From the NCBI RefSeq assembly GCF_041886205.1, contig NZ_CP169030.1: a DNA stretch of 64,000 bases; one strand, written 5' to 3'. The notes beneath the pieces are model-generated. The model did no database searches. It worked only from the letters and a program-made list of their open reading frames with translations, and was not told the origin of the DNA. Positions 43,829-54,863 of this stretch are shown here, piece by piece (the first letter of the stretch is position 1; each line of letters opens with the position of its first letter). A program made the translations under genes and the position numbers. This DNA comes from Escherichia coli. Lineage in GTDB: Bacteria; Pseudomonadota; Gammaproteobacteria; Enterobacterales; Enterobacteriaceae.

Positions 43829-44074
43829 TCAGAAGTTCCAGCCCATCCGCTTTTTTTTGAAAACGGCTGTATGTGAAACCATCGCATCGATCAGTGCATC
43901 AAGCTCTGCGCGGAGCTCCAGTATCCTGGTTGTAAACGTATTTTTGCCCTGGCTGGTCATCCAGTTTAAATATGCCTGTACCGCGCGTTCCTGCATGATT
44001 TCGATTTGGGTAATAGCATCTTTTTGCTGATCGCCAGCAGATTTAAAATTTTTTCTGAAAACAAATGCCCCCAT
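43829..44074 (-). CDS. Hypothetical small protein, paralog of 41993-42289
   Basis: 81 aa sharing GDQQKDAI(A/T)QI(G/E)IMQ motif. Confidence 0.55.
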   Translation of the reverse strand: MGAFVFRKNFKSAGDQQKDAITQIEIMQERAVQAYLNWMTSQGKNTFTTRILELRAELDALIDAMVSHTAVFKKKRMGWNF

Positions 44075-44142
44075 TTTAATTTCTCCTGTGTTCTGTAATA
44101 CCTGGATATCCGGGTAAAGGGGCGTTTACGCCCCCCGCTGAT

Positions 44143-44475
44143 TTACATGTTCTGCTCGCTATGTATTCTTCTATTCACAATTGAAAATAAATGTTTTTTT
44201 TGCGATATCACTTTTCTTTTTATAATTCGCACAATTTCAGGCATCGACTTGTTCAGGGGGATCCATGCAGTATCCCCGTTCAGTTCATCATATACACACC
44301 CATAGATATGAAGCATTCCGTTCATTACAAAGCAGTACATTGAAAAATGTTCATATTTTTTCTCCGCACTGATTAACTGAAAATAACCTTTTATTAAACC
44401 CTGTTTCGGTGAAGGATTAATTAACCAGCCATTATCCAAAGATAAACAAATATGCTCAATTATTTTCTTTTCCAT
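44143..44475 (-). CDS. Hypothetical protein in low-GC segment
   Basis: 110 aa ORF, AT-rich island, followed by hairpin terminator at about 44100-44125. Confidence 0.45.
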   Translation of the reverse strand: MEKKIIEHICLSLDNGWLINPSPKQGLIKGYFQLISAEKKYEHFSMYCFVMNGMLHIYGCVYDELNGDTAWIPLNKSMPEIVRIIKRKVISQKKHLFSIVNRRIHSEQNM

Positions 44476-44529
44476 ATTTACTCCAACGAAAGCTTTATCC
44501 TAATTAATGGGGCATTGCCGCCCCTTGTG

Positions 44530-44799
44530 TTAAATGGCGTAGCCTCTTATCTGACTCAAAAACTGTTTGAAGTGATCAGCTTCCGCAATGTTGATATGGC
44601 GGAACTGCGTATCCACACCCCGGCTGAGCGCGTAGCTATAGCTGAAAGCCATCTTTTCCGGGTGGCTTTTGCGATATTTTTTCAGCTCATTCAGACTGCT
44701 GAACTCCAGGAGGTCCCACTCTTCTCGGGTGTTTTTTTTCTTTTCGGCAACAAGAAGCGTGTACGACGCGGTGTTAACGTGGATATTTCGGGTACTCAT
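44530..44799 (-). CDS. Hypothetical protein, first gene after repeat B
   Basis: 89 aa; SD upstream abutting repeat B. Confidence 0.5.
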   Translation of the reverse strand: MSTRNIHVNTASYTLLVAEKKKNTREEWDLLEFSSLNELKKYRKSHPEKMAFSYSYALSRGVDTQFRHINIAEADHFKQFLSQIRGYAI

Positions 44800-44814
44800 C
44801 CTGCTTTCTCCTCT

Positions 44815-45420
44815 CTCTGGTTTTCAGCCCCCATCATCTTTTGAGTTTCGGGAGCCGCGGTTTTGACGTTTTGCGGGGACCTGCCTTTTGTTCCCTCCGG
44901 TATTAACCATCACCTTTTTGAGAACCTTCGCCGCAAGGGGCATCACTGCCACGGCCTGACGCACCTGTCCTGGGCAGAACGCAAAATTTTTTACCGGGTT
45001 CTGGGTAAAAAATTTTGTGGGCTGTTCATTTACCCTGGACAGTCAGTGCGGCAGGTTGTGGCTGTATCAGCCCCCGGCGACAGGGGCTTAAACAGGTGTA
45101 TGGCACCGGACACAACAACGGGCAGGGACCCGCCGCAACGACGTGAAGCGCGGTTTGCGAAACGGCGTTGCCCCTTACATCCCGGCGGCCTTTTGCCGGG
45201 ATGCCGGGAGCGCAGGCCACGGCGCGACAGAGGCGGCGCGACCGGAACGGTCGCTGCAAGCCCGGGGTTTCGCGTCAGGGATGGAAGCCCGCCAGGGCGG
45301 AGACAGCTCCGCTGGCTCCGTTCACGACAGCCCGCCCCGCCAGGGGGACGCCCGGAAAAGGCATAAGCAGGAGAACAACAAAACAGACAATAATCAGGGC
45401 AGCAGTAATCAGAGTCAGAA
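44815..45420 (-). repeat. Leading-region structured repeat copy B
   Basis: Direct copy of repeats A/C/D. Confidence 0.6.
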
Positions 45421-45697
45421 CAGGAGGAAAAAGAGAATAATCAAAGGGAAGGTGATGTGATTTCTGACAGGTCATAAACAGAGAAGGCGGGGGAAAAGAA
45501 CGGGCGCCGCAGGCGCACGTTCATCCCCGTTCCCGGAGGGAAACGGCCTTCCTGGCAGTCTGGTTGTTCATGCCCGTACAATGCCAGCAAGGAGAAAGGG
45601 GCCACCGGCGAACCAGCAGCCCCTTTATAAAGGCGCTTCAGTGCAGTCAGACCAGCATCAGCCCTGAAAAGGCGGGCCTGCGCCCGCCTCCAGGTTG

Positions 45698-45856
45698 CTA
45701 CTTACCGGATTCGTAAGCCATGAAAGCCGCCACCTCCCTGTATCCGTCTCTGTAACGAATCTCGCACAGCGATTTTCGTGTCAGATAAGTGAATATCAAC
45801 AGTGTGAGACACACGATCAACACACACCAGACAAGAGAGCTGCGTGGTAGTTTCAT
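45698..45856 (-). CDS. hok: Hok-family toxin (flmA/hok) with overlapping mok-like ORF to 45997
   Basis: 52 aa [52 protein letters not shown]; hairpin terminator 45668-45690. Confidence 0.9.
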
Positions 45857-46130
45857 GGCCTTCTTCTCCTTGCGCAAAGCGCGGTAAGAGGCTATCCTGA
45901 TGTTGTCTAAGCATGCAGGGGCCTCGTGGGTTAATGAAAAATTAACTACGGGGCTTTTGTCCTTCTGCCACACAACACGGCAACAAACCACCTTCACGTC
46001 ATGAGGCAGAAAGCCTCAAGCGCCGGGTACATCATAGCCCATATCCCTGCACGCTGACCACACTCACTTTTCCTGAAAATAACCCGCTCACTCAGGCTGT
46101 TTACGGGTAATCTGTGTGATTGTTGCCGCA

Positions 46131-46849
46131 TCACGCTGCCTCCCGGAGTTTGTTCGGCACCATCCACCGCTCCATCTCACGGACAGCGTGACCGGCCTCT
46201 CTTGCTGCAAGACTGGCTTCCGCAATAACCTGCCAGAACGGCATATCCTGCCACTGCCAGCGTTCCATTCCGGCCAGTGACGGAAAACGCTCGCCCCACT
46301 GCCAGAACAGGGTTTCCAGGTCATGCTCTGCCACCCGGTCACTCCAGCGTGCATGCCAGCTTCCGACTGTTTCCGGCGAATGGAATGCCAGTTCGATTTC
46401 AGCCTGAGCGACCAGCGCCTGGTACGCACGGGCTTTCTGCTCTGCCTCCCGTGCCTGCTGGCGGCTGTACTTCTGCATGACCAGCGCGGATTTATGGCGA
46501 CTGCGCTCCCTGACACGAAACCGCACCGACGGAAACAACCGCTCTGCTGCATCACCAGGAAGGGGAAGGAGGCAGACCTCGCCCTGTGTTTCAATCAGCA
46601 CATCGATGGCATACAGCCACTGAAGACGGTTGCCGTGCAGTTCTTCTGCGGTCAGGGACGGCATGAAAAATCGCAGGTCAGACAGCGATATCCTGCGGCT
46701 TCCGTTCAGACAGCGGAAAAACGCCCCCGCATACGGATATTCGCCAGCGTGTTACCCTGATGGCGGCGTTTTTCTGTCTCCGCCACCGCCCGCCATGCGG
46801 CCTGTTGCTCTGTGCTGAGGGGAACCAGTGCCTGTGAACGTACGCTCAT
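46131..46849 (-). pseudogene. psiA: psiA (plasmid SOS inhibition A), apparent frameshift near 46742
   Basis: N-terminal 36 codons ([43 protein letters not shown]) are in a different frame from the remaining PsiA body (from …EYPYAGAFFRCLNG…). Confidence 0.7.
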
Positions 46850-47280
46850 ACCTGACCTCCTTCCGCCATCAGGATATGGATGATGTCGTTAACGCTGTAC
46901 CCCTGCGTATCCAGTGACGCCGCCAGTGCCAGTGAATGACTGACGGCTTCCGGTGCAAACCGCCGCTGTACCTGAACCACCGCAAACGGCTCACCACCGG
47001 CATTCACCAGAACCAGCACCCAGACCTGAGAGACATCGCCCGGTGAACATAACGCCAGGTGAAAACGTTCGTGAGCAGGCGTGAAACGGACCTGGACGGG
47101 GGAAAAGCCGCCAAACTCGCTGCCATACTCGCCGTTCATCGTCCAGTTATCCGGCGCATCCAGCTCCCGCATCACGGCATGTGTGAGTTCACGACGTTCA
47201 TCACTTCCGACAGCCCGGATGTCTTCATATTCCTGTGCGCTCATGGTCTGTAATACATTCAGGGTCAGTTCAGTTTTCAT
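46846..47280 (-). CDS. psiB: PsiB, anti-SOS (RecA inhibitor)
   Basis: 144 aa [12 protein letters not shown]…; stop abuts psiA start. Confidence 0.93.
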   Translation of the reverse strand: MKTELTLNVLQTMSAQEYEDIRAVGSDERRELTHAVMRELDAPDNWTMNGEYGSEFGGFSPVQVRFTPAHERFHLALCSPGDVSQVWVLVLVNAGGEPFAVVQVQRRFAPEAVSHSLALAASLDTQGYSVNDIIHILMAEGGQV

Positions 47281-47334
47281 CACGGTATCTCCCTTGCTGC
47301 CGCCCCGTCTCCGGCGGGGCGGTGTGGTTGTTCA

Positions 47335-49293
47335 TCAGGCGGCATCAGCCAGGTTATCGGTGCGTTCAGTGGTATCCGTCTGTGGATGTGGTGCACACAT
47401 CCAGCCAGGCACCCAGCGGTTGTCTTTCATATGGTGCTCTGCATGTTCAGCCGCATCGCTTTTCTTCATCTTCTCCGCGTCCCGTGCGGCACCGGACAGT
47501 CCGGCGTCATTCAGGGCGTCGATAATCTGCGGCTTTTTCAGGTGTCCGAAGAAGTTTGCTTTTGTCGGCTGCCACCAGTCACGCATGTGGAATCCGATAG
47601 CGGTTTCCAGCGAGTCAAGCGGACTGCGTGACGTGTGACCACACTCACGGGTCTGGACACCGTTAAGGCTGCATGCGGTGCAGAAACTGAGCAGGGACAA
47701 CAACACCTCCTGGCGGAGTGACAGGAACGTCGTCATGTCCCGTGACCATCCCTCCGCCAGCAGGGCTGCAAGACGGGCTTTTTCTGCCATCAGCGCCATG
47801 AATGCGGCACCTTCCTTCCCCGACGGCGCATCGCTGGTCAGCGAAGAATGCCCACATTCCAGACGAATTTTTGCGGGATTGCTGTACGCTCCGCTGCCAA
47901 ACACATTCAGGCAGAGCGTCCATGCCAGCAGTGCCAGGGATTTGTCCGGCTGCTGCATCAGTGCTGCCTGGACTGCCAGCGTGCGTTCGGAAGACATTTT
48001 CGTCAGCAGCGGCAGACTGATTTCCTCCACTGACGCTTTTTCCTGCACCTGTTCCGTGCGGTCAGCGTCGTCAGCCGCATCATCCTCACTGCGTAACTGC
48101 ACACCACGCTGGACACATACGTTTCCATAACGCCAGGACACCACCACGCCACTTCCGGCACGCATCTCCGGCGTCCACGCCCTGACCTTCGCCATGCAGT
48201 CAATCAGCTTCATTTCTGCTTCCGGCAGGTCGGATTCCTCACACTGGTTTTCCAGCGCGTCGTAACGAGCCATCAGTTCGTTCAGGCGTTCGTCTTCCGC
48301 CTCCGTCAGCACCGCTTCCGGCTCCGGCAGACTGCGGTATGCCCGGGCATCTTCACGGCACTCACCGACAGGCTCCATGCGTCCGGCGCACCATCCCCAG
48401 CCTTCGGCTTCCCGAAGGAACTCTGCGACAGCCTGGAGTTTTTCCAGCAGGGCAGCATCGAGCGCCACGCAGTCCACATAGCCACCCTCGTTGTCGCTGA
48501 ACAAATCGGTGCGCAGTTCATCTGGCGAGAAGGCATCAGCCCCCACGAAGCGGAATTTACTGTTCCCCGCCACCGCCACTTCACTTTCGGTCACCAGACG
48601 ACGAATGGTCTGTACTTCCGGTTTTCCGCCCCATCCCGACTGACAGGCAGCTTCAAACACCTGTACCTGACGCGCGGTGTCGTTCTCCAGCGCCAGCGCC
48701 TGACAGTGCTCTGTGGTGATGCGGTCTTCTGCCAGCGCATCGAGGATGACAGGCGCAAGGTCAGCCAGTTTCAGCATTCGCTGAACGTGGCGAGGCGAAT
48801 AACCCAGCAAATCACCGATTTGTGCAGGTGTTTTGCCTTCCTGCGCCATTGCGCGGAATCCGGCAATCTGTTCAGCAGGGTGCATATCCCGACGATGACC
48901 GTTCTCGGTCATCGATGCAGCCGTCGCCAGTTCCTGCGGAATAATTTTCACGCGGACAGGCCAGTCAGCCGGAATGATGCCACGTTCTGCCAGCATATTG
49001 AGTGCTGCCAGTCTGCGACCACCTGCGGCGACACCGTAGCGGTCACCAGGCAGGGCATGAACAACCAGATTCTGCAGCAGGCCGACACCTTTAATTGACT
49101 CCGCCAGTTCGCTGACGGACTCCACAGAATACGGCACCGTGCGCACATTCAGCGGTGATTTAATCAGTGAAGCCAGCGGCACGCTCACTTCCTCCGTCTG
49201 CGCCAGCAGGGCAGACAGTGCCGTTTCCTGTGTTTTTGACAGTTTACGGCTGGATTTACGCCCCGTTTTTGCCTTAGACTCTGTAACTGACAT
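47335..49293 (-). CDS. ParB-like nuclease-domain protein of leading region (orf652-like)
   Basis: 652 aa; N-terminal ParB/Srx-like motif (…GLLQNLVVH…GGRRLAA…). Confidence 0.8.
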   Translation of the reverse strand: MSVTESKAKTGRKSSRKLSKTQETALSALLAQTEEVSVPLASLIKSPLNVRTVPYSVESVSELAESIKGVGLLQNLVVHALPGDRYGVAAGGRRLAALNMLAERGIIPADWPVRVKIIPQELATAASMTENGHRRDMHPAEQIAGFRAMAQEGKTPAQIGDLLGYSPRHVQRMLKLADLAPVILDALAEDRITTEHCQALALENDTARQVQVFEAACQSGWGGKPEVQTIRRLVTESEVAVAGNSKFRFVGADAFSPDELRTDLFSDNEGGYVDCVALDAALLEKLQAVAEFLREAEGWGWCAGRMEPVGECREDARAYRSLPEPEAVLTEAEDERLNELMARYDALENQCEESDLPEAEMKLIDCMAKVRAWTPEMRAGSGVVVSWRYGNVCVQRGVQLRSEDDAADDADRTEQVQEKASVEEISLPLLTKMSSERTLAVQAALMQQPDKSLALLAWTLCLNVFGSGAYSNPAKIRLECGHSSLTSDAPSGKEGAAFMALMAEKARLAALLAEGWSRDMTTFLSLRQEVLLSLLSFCTACSLNGVQTRECGHTSRSPLDSLETAIGFHMRDWWQPTKANFFGHLKKPQIIDALNDAGLSGAARDAEKMKKSDAAEHAEHHMKDNRWVPGWMCAPHPQTDTTERTDNLADAA

Positions 49294-49356
49294 ATATTTC
49301 TCCTTTGACCGGGATGGTTGTATGTCTGCCGGACGCGTTCCCGTCCGGCACCTCTC

Positions 49357-49632
<276 letters not shown>

Positions 49633-49646
49633 TCACAATCAGTCGT

Positions 49647-50186
49647 TCAGAACGGGATATCGTCTGAAAACCCGTAATCCTCACCCTCTGGCGGTTGCGG
49701 CTGAGGCTCCGGCTGCGCGGCCTTACGTCCACGGCCTTTCGTTTTCGCGCCTCCTTTTTTCGTACCTGCCTCCGCCAGTGGTTCCAGCTGAGGCTGACCG
49801 CTGAACTGTTGCGCCTCTTCCGGCTGAGTCTGAGCACCTGCGGCACGTCCCAGCATCTGCATGGTGCCCGTGGTCTTAACAAGAATTTCAGTGACGTAAC
49901 GGGTGATACCGTTATCTTCCCAGCTACGGGTGCGAAGCTGGCCTTTGATGTAGACCTGCGCGCCCTTACGCAGATATTCACCTGCCACTTCCGCGAGCTT
50001 GCCGAACAGCACCACGCGATGCCATTCTGCCTGCTCCCGCATCTCCCCCGTCTGTTTGTCACGCCAGCTTTCTGACGTGGCCACCTGCAGGTTTGCCACT
50101 GCGCCCCCGTTGGGGATGTAACGGACTTCCGGATCTTTTCCCAGGCGTCCTACGAGAATGACCTTGTTAATGCCACGAACTGCCAT
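49647..50186 (-). CDS. ssb: Plasmid single-strand DNA-binding protein
   Basis: [23 protein letters not shown]… OB-fold and acidic C-terminal DDIPF tail; SD AGGAG. Confidence 0.95.
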   Translation of the reverse strand: MAVRGINKVILVGRLGKDPEVRYIPNGGAVANLQVATSESWRDKQTGEMREQAEWHRVVLFGKLAEVAGEYLRKGAQVYIKGQLRTRSWEDNGITRYVTEILVKTTGTMQMLGRAAGAQTQPEEAQQFSGQPQLEPLAEAGTKKGGAKTKGRGRKAAQPEPQPQPPEGEDYGFSDDIPF

Positions 50187-50204
50187 GATGTGTCTCCTTC
50201 TGTT

Positions 50205-50930
50205 GATGTTTTCAGCCCCCATCATCTGTTGAGTTTCGGGAGCCGCGGTTTTGACGTTTTGCGGGAACCTGCTGCTGTATTCCCTGTGGTATGAACTTCA
50301 CCCGTTTGAGAACCTTCGCCGCAAGGGGCATCACTGCCACGGCCTGACGCCCCTGTCCTGGGCAGAACGCAAAATTTTTTACCGGGTTCTGGGTAAAAAA
50401 TTTTGTGGGCTGTTCATTTACCCTGGACAGTCAGTGCGGCAGGTTGTGGCTGTATCAGCCCCCGGCGACAGGGGCTTAAACAGGTGAATGGCACCGGACA
50501 CAACAACGGGCAGGGACCCGCCGCAACGACGTGAAGCGCGGTTTGCGAAACGGCGTTGCGCCTCACATCCCGGCGGCCTTTTGCCGGGATGCCAGGAGCG
50601 CAGGCCACGGCGCGACAGAGGCGGCGCGACCGGAACGGTCGCTGCAAGCCAGGGTTTCGCGTCAGGGATGGAAGCCCGCCAGGGCGGAGACAGCTTCGCT
50701 GGCTCCGTTCACGACAGCCCGCCCCGCCAGGGGGACGCCCGGAAAAGGCATAAGCAGGAGAACAACAAAACAGACAGTAATCAGAGCAGCAGAAAAAAGA
50801 AGAACAGGAGCAGTAGCAGGAACAACATCATCAGTAACAGACAAATGACAGGTCTGAAAAGACAGAAGCCCACAGCAGAATGTCCACGTAATGTAAGGGG
50901 CGGCGCGTCAGCGCGGCCCCTTTCACGCCA
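50205..50930 (-). repeat. Leading-region structured repeat copy C (immediately upstream of ssb)
   Basis: Direct copy; abuts ssb RBS. Confidence 0.6.
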
Positions 50931-50991
50931 CCGGCGCGCGGTCTCCCGGCGCGGGCAGACGGGCATTTATCCTCCCGCCTGCCCTGAGTCT

Positions 50992-51555
50992 TCAGGCACG
51001 CAGACGAATAATCATCGTCGAAGCATCGGTATAAGCAAACGTGCCGCGCGGCAGCTCCTCGCGGACGTCAGAAAACGGTAACAGCTTCTCCTGCTGGCGT
51101 GGCCCGTTGAGACAGACGGCGACCAGCACGCCACCCGGACGCAACAGGGAAAAAGCCCGCAGGATATGCCGGATATCCTGCCCGTGGCTGAACGGCGGAT
51201 TCATGATTATCCGGCTGTAATACTGCACCGGCTGCCATTCCATGAAGTCGCCACACTGTACCCTGACACCGTTAAAATTTTCCCGCAGATACCGGACCAG
51301 CCCGCTGTTAATCTCCACAGCATCACACATGGCCCCCGGCGCGGTATCCCGAATCGCCCGCAGTATGGCTCCGGTGCCGGCAGAGGGCTCCAGAATGTGA
51401 TCATGGTTGCTGATCTCCGCCAGCGTCACCAGGCGATCACAGACCGGGGCAGGTGTCACAAAGAGCTGAGATTCAGCCCGGATTTCAGCAACTGGCGCAG
51501 CGTTATCCAGCCTTGCGCGCATCAGCCGGATACGTTCTCTTAACTGACTGTGCAT
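50992..51555 (-). CDS. Orphan DNA amino-methyltransferase (motif I EPSAGTGA, motif IV NPPF)
   Basis: 187 aa with SAM-binding and (N/D)PP(F/Y) catalytic motifs; no adjacent restriction gene. Confidence 0.7.
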   Translation of the reverse strand: MHSQLRERIRLMRARLDNAAPVAEIRAESQLFVTPAPVCDRLVTLAEISNHDHILEPSAGTGAILRAIRDTAPGAMCDAVEINSGLVRYLRENFNGVRVQCGDFMEWQPVQYYSRIIMNPPFSHGQDIRHILRAFSLLRPGGVLVAVCLNGPRQQEKLLPFSDVREELPRGTFAYTDASTMIIRLRA

Positions 51556-51601
51556 GTCATTATCTCCGTCATACCCCGGGGCTTTTCCCCGGGGATAAGC
51601 C

Positions 51602-52963
51602 TTATTTCTGCGGGATTTCCGTGATTTTCATGTCGGTGATATACACATTCACCAGGCGGAAATTATTGTCCATTGTGCGGCGGTAACGATATGCCCCGTG
51701 GTCTTCTGCCTCTGCCACACTGCGCACGGCCTTACAGTCCCGGGGCAGGGCGGCCCACTGTGCCTTTGTCATTTCCCGGAAACCTTCTCCCGGATAGTTG
51801 ACTACCGGCGGACGCTTCGCGGCCTGTCTGGCGACGGCGGCCTCTTCTGCCGATGGTGCTTTGTAGTCCGTGATGCGATCGGGCGTCACTTTCATCGTGC
51901 CGCTGTACCCGAGAAAACTGTAATTTGGCGTTGTGACTGAACTCACTGCCCCGTTGCTTTTGTTCACGCGGATGATGGTCAGCCACTCGCCCCGGCTGAA
52001 AACCTGTCCTCCCGGCTCAAAATCCTGTGTCCGGGTAACCACGCCGACGCTTTCTTCCAGCATGGCACGCTCATAGATCAGGCGGTTCTGATAGTGGTTA
52101 ACCCAGCGTTGCTGATGCTGAATCTGCCGTTCATGGCAGCGGATCGCAATTTCGCGGGCCTGCTCCGTGGTGATGATGTCATCATCCAGGGCCGACCATA
52201 ACGATCGACTTCCTTCATACTGGCTTTTTTCTGCCGGGCGCGGATACGTATCCAGCGGGAAACAGGCACTGATACGGTCACAACTGCTGATGAGTTTTGC
52301 CATATTCAGATCCAGCGATTCAGCCCGCCACATCGTCAGATATTTCTGCGACTGCGCGATGGTCTTTTCAGACTTGCGCAAATCAGCTTCGATTTTTTTG
52401 ATACGACGCCAGCGAACGTCCGGACGTTCTTTATACTTCGCGTGAAGCAGTGCCGACCGCGCCCGCTCCTCCCAGTATTCCGCACGTTCAAAGAGCATCA
52501 CGGCACGTTTCATACCATTTTCAATACGCTGCGCATCACGACGGGCGCGGCGTTCGCTGTGATGCCCCACAAGGATCGGCTGACCGGGCGGGATCATCGC
52601 GGCCAGTCTTTCCACTTCCTCAAGTGCCTGTGCGGATTCACTGGCCCGCTTTCCGCTGTATCCGGTAAACCGCTCCGCCCGTGCTTCCTGACGTTCAGCG
52701 AGCGTGCTGTCTTCATCCTCAATCTCTCCGGCAAGTGAGAGGAGCACGTCTTCCCGGCCCGGTGTCCAGGCTGGCGCGACAAACAGCGTCTGTTTTGGTG
52801 CCCAGCGGAAACCGGCATCATGTACTTTCTTATACGTCTCCGGGTCAAGACGTGACGCGGCATACAGGCGCAGTTTGTTGTCATCCGGTGAGTAGGTCGC
52901 GCGGTACATCTGCACAGGGCTGGCAGCTTCCGGGGCGGTCATGGTGATTGCTGCTAATGTCAT
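51602..52963 (-). CDS. Hypothetical 453-aa leading-region protein
   Basis: Long ORF with coiled-coil middle region; family not recognised. Confidence 0.6.
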   Translation of the reverse strand: MTLAAITMTAPEAASPVQMYRATYSPDDNKLRLYAASRLDPETYKKVHDAGFRWAPKQTLFVAPAWTPGREDVLLSLAGEIEDEDSTLAERQEARAERFTGYSGKRASESAQALEEVERLAAMIPPGQPILVGHHSERRARRDAQRIENGMKRAVMLFERAEYWEERARSALLHAKYKERPDVRWRRIKKIEADLRKSEKTIAQSQKYLTMWRAESLDLNMAKLISSCDRISACFPLDTYPRPAEKSQYEGSRSLWSALDDDIITTEQAREIAIRCHERQIQHQQRWVNHYQNRLIYERAMLEESVGVVTRTQDFEPGGQVFSRGEWLTIIRVNKSNGAVSSVTTPNYSFLGYSGTMKVTPDRITDYKAPSAEEAAVARQAAKRPPVVNYPGEGFREMTKAQWAALPRDCKAVRSVAEAEDHGAYRYRRTMDNNFRLVNVYITDMKITEIPQK

Positions 52964-53014
52964 AAAATGTTCTCCTTCCGTCTGTTGCCGCCCCTCGCGG
53001 GGCGGCTCACCTCA

Positions 53015-53245
53015 TCAGTTAAAAGCGCGTTTCAGTTCGAGTGTGCGGAGCACCTGCCCGAAGGCCGTGTTTTTCATGGCGGGGATGTGTACACCACGCC
53101 CCCGGTGAAAACTCCTGGCAATGTGTCGTCCGAAGGCTTTCAGCACGGGGTCAATTTCCGGCGCGGGGATGTCTTCGCGTCTGAAACGGGGATGACGGCG
53201 GGGCTTTACAGCCGCTGCGGAAGGTGAAACAATACTTACTGTCAT
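53015..53245 (-). CDS. Hypothetical basic small protein, first ORF after repeat D
   Basis: 76-aa ORF. Confidence 0.35.
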   Translation of the reverse strand: MTVSIVSPSAAAVKPRRHPRFRREDIPAPEIDPVLKAFGRHIARSFHRGRGVHIPAMKNTAFGQVLRTLELKRAFN

Positions 53246-53479
53246 AATTTAGCCTCTTATGACGTTAATTAATGAAACCGTAAAGACTGTTCGTGCAGTC
53301 TCTGCGGTGTGGATTAAGCAGGTCCCTGACCTGCTTTTTTCATATCTGCATCTGACGCTTTCCGGTGTTTTCCTCCTTCTGTTCCTGCGTTCTCATTACC
53401 TGCCAGCCGGATGACTGACAGAACAAATAAATGCGTATTGCCGGAGCCTGAAATAAATCCTGATTTTTAAAGAACATCA

Positions 53480-54010
53480 CCCGTTGAGTTTCGGGAGCCG
53501 CGGTTTTGACGTTTCGCGGGAACCTGCTGCTGTATTCCCTGTGGTATGAACTTCACCCGTTTGAGAACCTTCGCCGCAAGGGGCATCACTGCCACGGCCT
53601 GACGCACCTGTCCTGGGCAGAACGCAAAATTTTTTACCGGGTTTTGGGTAAAAAATTTTGTGGGCTGTTCATTTACCCTGGACAGTCAGTGCGGCAGGTT
53701 GTGGCTGTATCAGCCCCCGGCGACAGGGACTCATACGGGTGTGTGGCACCCGGCAGGCAATGAGCAGGGACCCGCTGCAACGACGTGAAGCGCGGTTTGC
53801 GAAACGGCGTTGCTCCTTACATCCCGGCGGCCTTTTGCCGGGATGCCAGGAGCGCAGGCCACGGCGCGACAAGGGCGGCGCGACCGTTCCGGTCGCTGCA
53901 AGCCGGGGGTTTTGCGTCAGGGATGAAAGCCCGCCAGGGCGGAGACAGCTCCGCTGGCTCCGTTCACGACAGCCCGCCCCGCCAGGGGGACGCCCGGGAA
54001 AGCCATAAAC
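53480..54010 (-). repeat. Leading-region structured repeat copy D
   Basis: Direct copy (left end diverged). Confidence 0.6.
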
Positions 54011-54206
54011 AGGAGAGGAACGGAAAGAAGAGGAAGAAGAACAGTAACCACAGAAACATAACATCAGGAAAAAACATTCCGGACACATCACAAACGGGAA
54101 GGGAAGCGGGCGACGCGCCAGCGTGGCCCGCTTCCCTTCCGGCAGGCGCCAGCCTGCCAGGGGTTTTCGCGCGGGCTGACAGGCGGCCTCCACCGCCTGC
54201 CCTGTA

Positions 54207-54398
54207 TCACCTGTGCCTGCTGCCCTGAAGGATGTACTGACCACCCAGGAAAACCGCCTGCTGATTCGCCACAAAATCGCAGATTTCATCAACAATCTGC
54301 GCGGTGGTGAGCGGTTTCTGCCCCATTTCACGACGCCGCGCATTAATCACGGCCCTGTAATTACGCAGAATTTCGCGGGTTTCCGTGCTGATATTCAT
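54207..54398 (-). CDS. Hypothetical small protein
   Basis: 63-aa ORF, start overlaps stop of upstream gene. Confidence 0.4.
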   Translation of the reverse strand: MNISTETREILRNYRAVINARRREMGQKPLTTAQIVDEICDFVANQQAVFLGGQYILQGSRHR

Positions 54399-54817
54399 TA
54401 CCCGTTCTCCCCGTCCAGCGCCTGACGCATCACCCGCATAATCTCACGTTCTTCCCTGACAAATGCGTCACCGTCGCCCCCGTTCTCGCTCCCTACAGCA
54501 TGGAGGCGATAAATTTCACTACCAGCCATCACCATCACTTTTTCCAGCAGCACCGCAGGGACTGTTACAAGACGGTTTACGCGCTTTTCCTCCATCAGTT
54601 CACGAACAACGTCGTGAACAATGCTGACATCAGCACCATGCTCAAAGGCATCGTCCAGCCGCTGCATGACGGTTTCCAGCTCATCGTCTGTCAGACTCCA
54701 GTCCTGGGCTATGTGACGCACATCCCCACGGGTCAGCACCACGGCAAAAACGCATTCACTGTCCGGCACGTCTGTATCCAGCACTTCGCGGATAATTTCT
54801 TTAACAGTACAGTACAT
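54398..54817 (-). CDS. Hypothetical acidic protein, paralog of 56534-56968
   Basis: 139 aa, shared MYxT…SLxDxExxTVxxRLxD… pattern. Confidence 0.55.
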   Translation of the reverse strand: MYCTVKEIIREVLDTDVPDSECVFAVVLTRGDVRHIAQDWSLTDDELETVMQRLDDAFEHGADVSIVHDVVRELMEEKRVNRLVTVPAVLLEKVMVMAGSEIYRLHAVGSENGGDGDAFVREEREIMRVMRQALDGENG

Positions 54818-54863
54818 GTTCTCGTCTCCTTTACAGGGGCGGCATCGCCGCCCCGTCCGTTAA

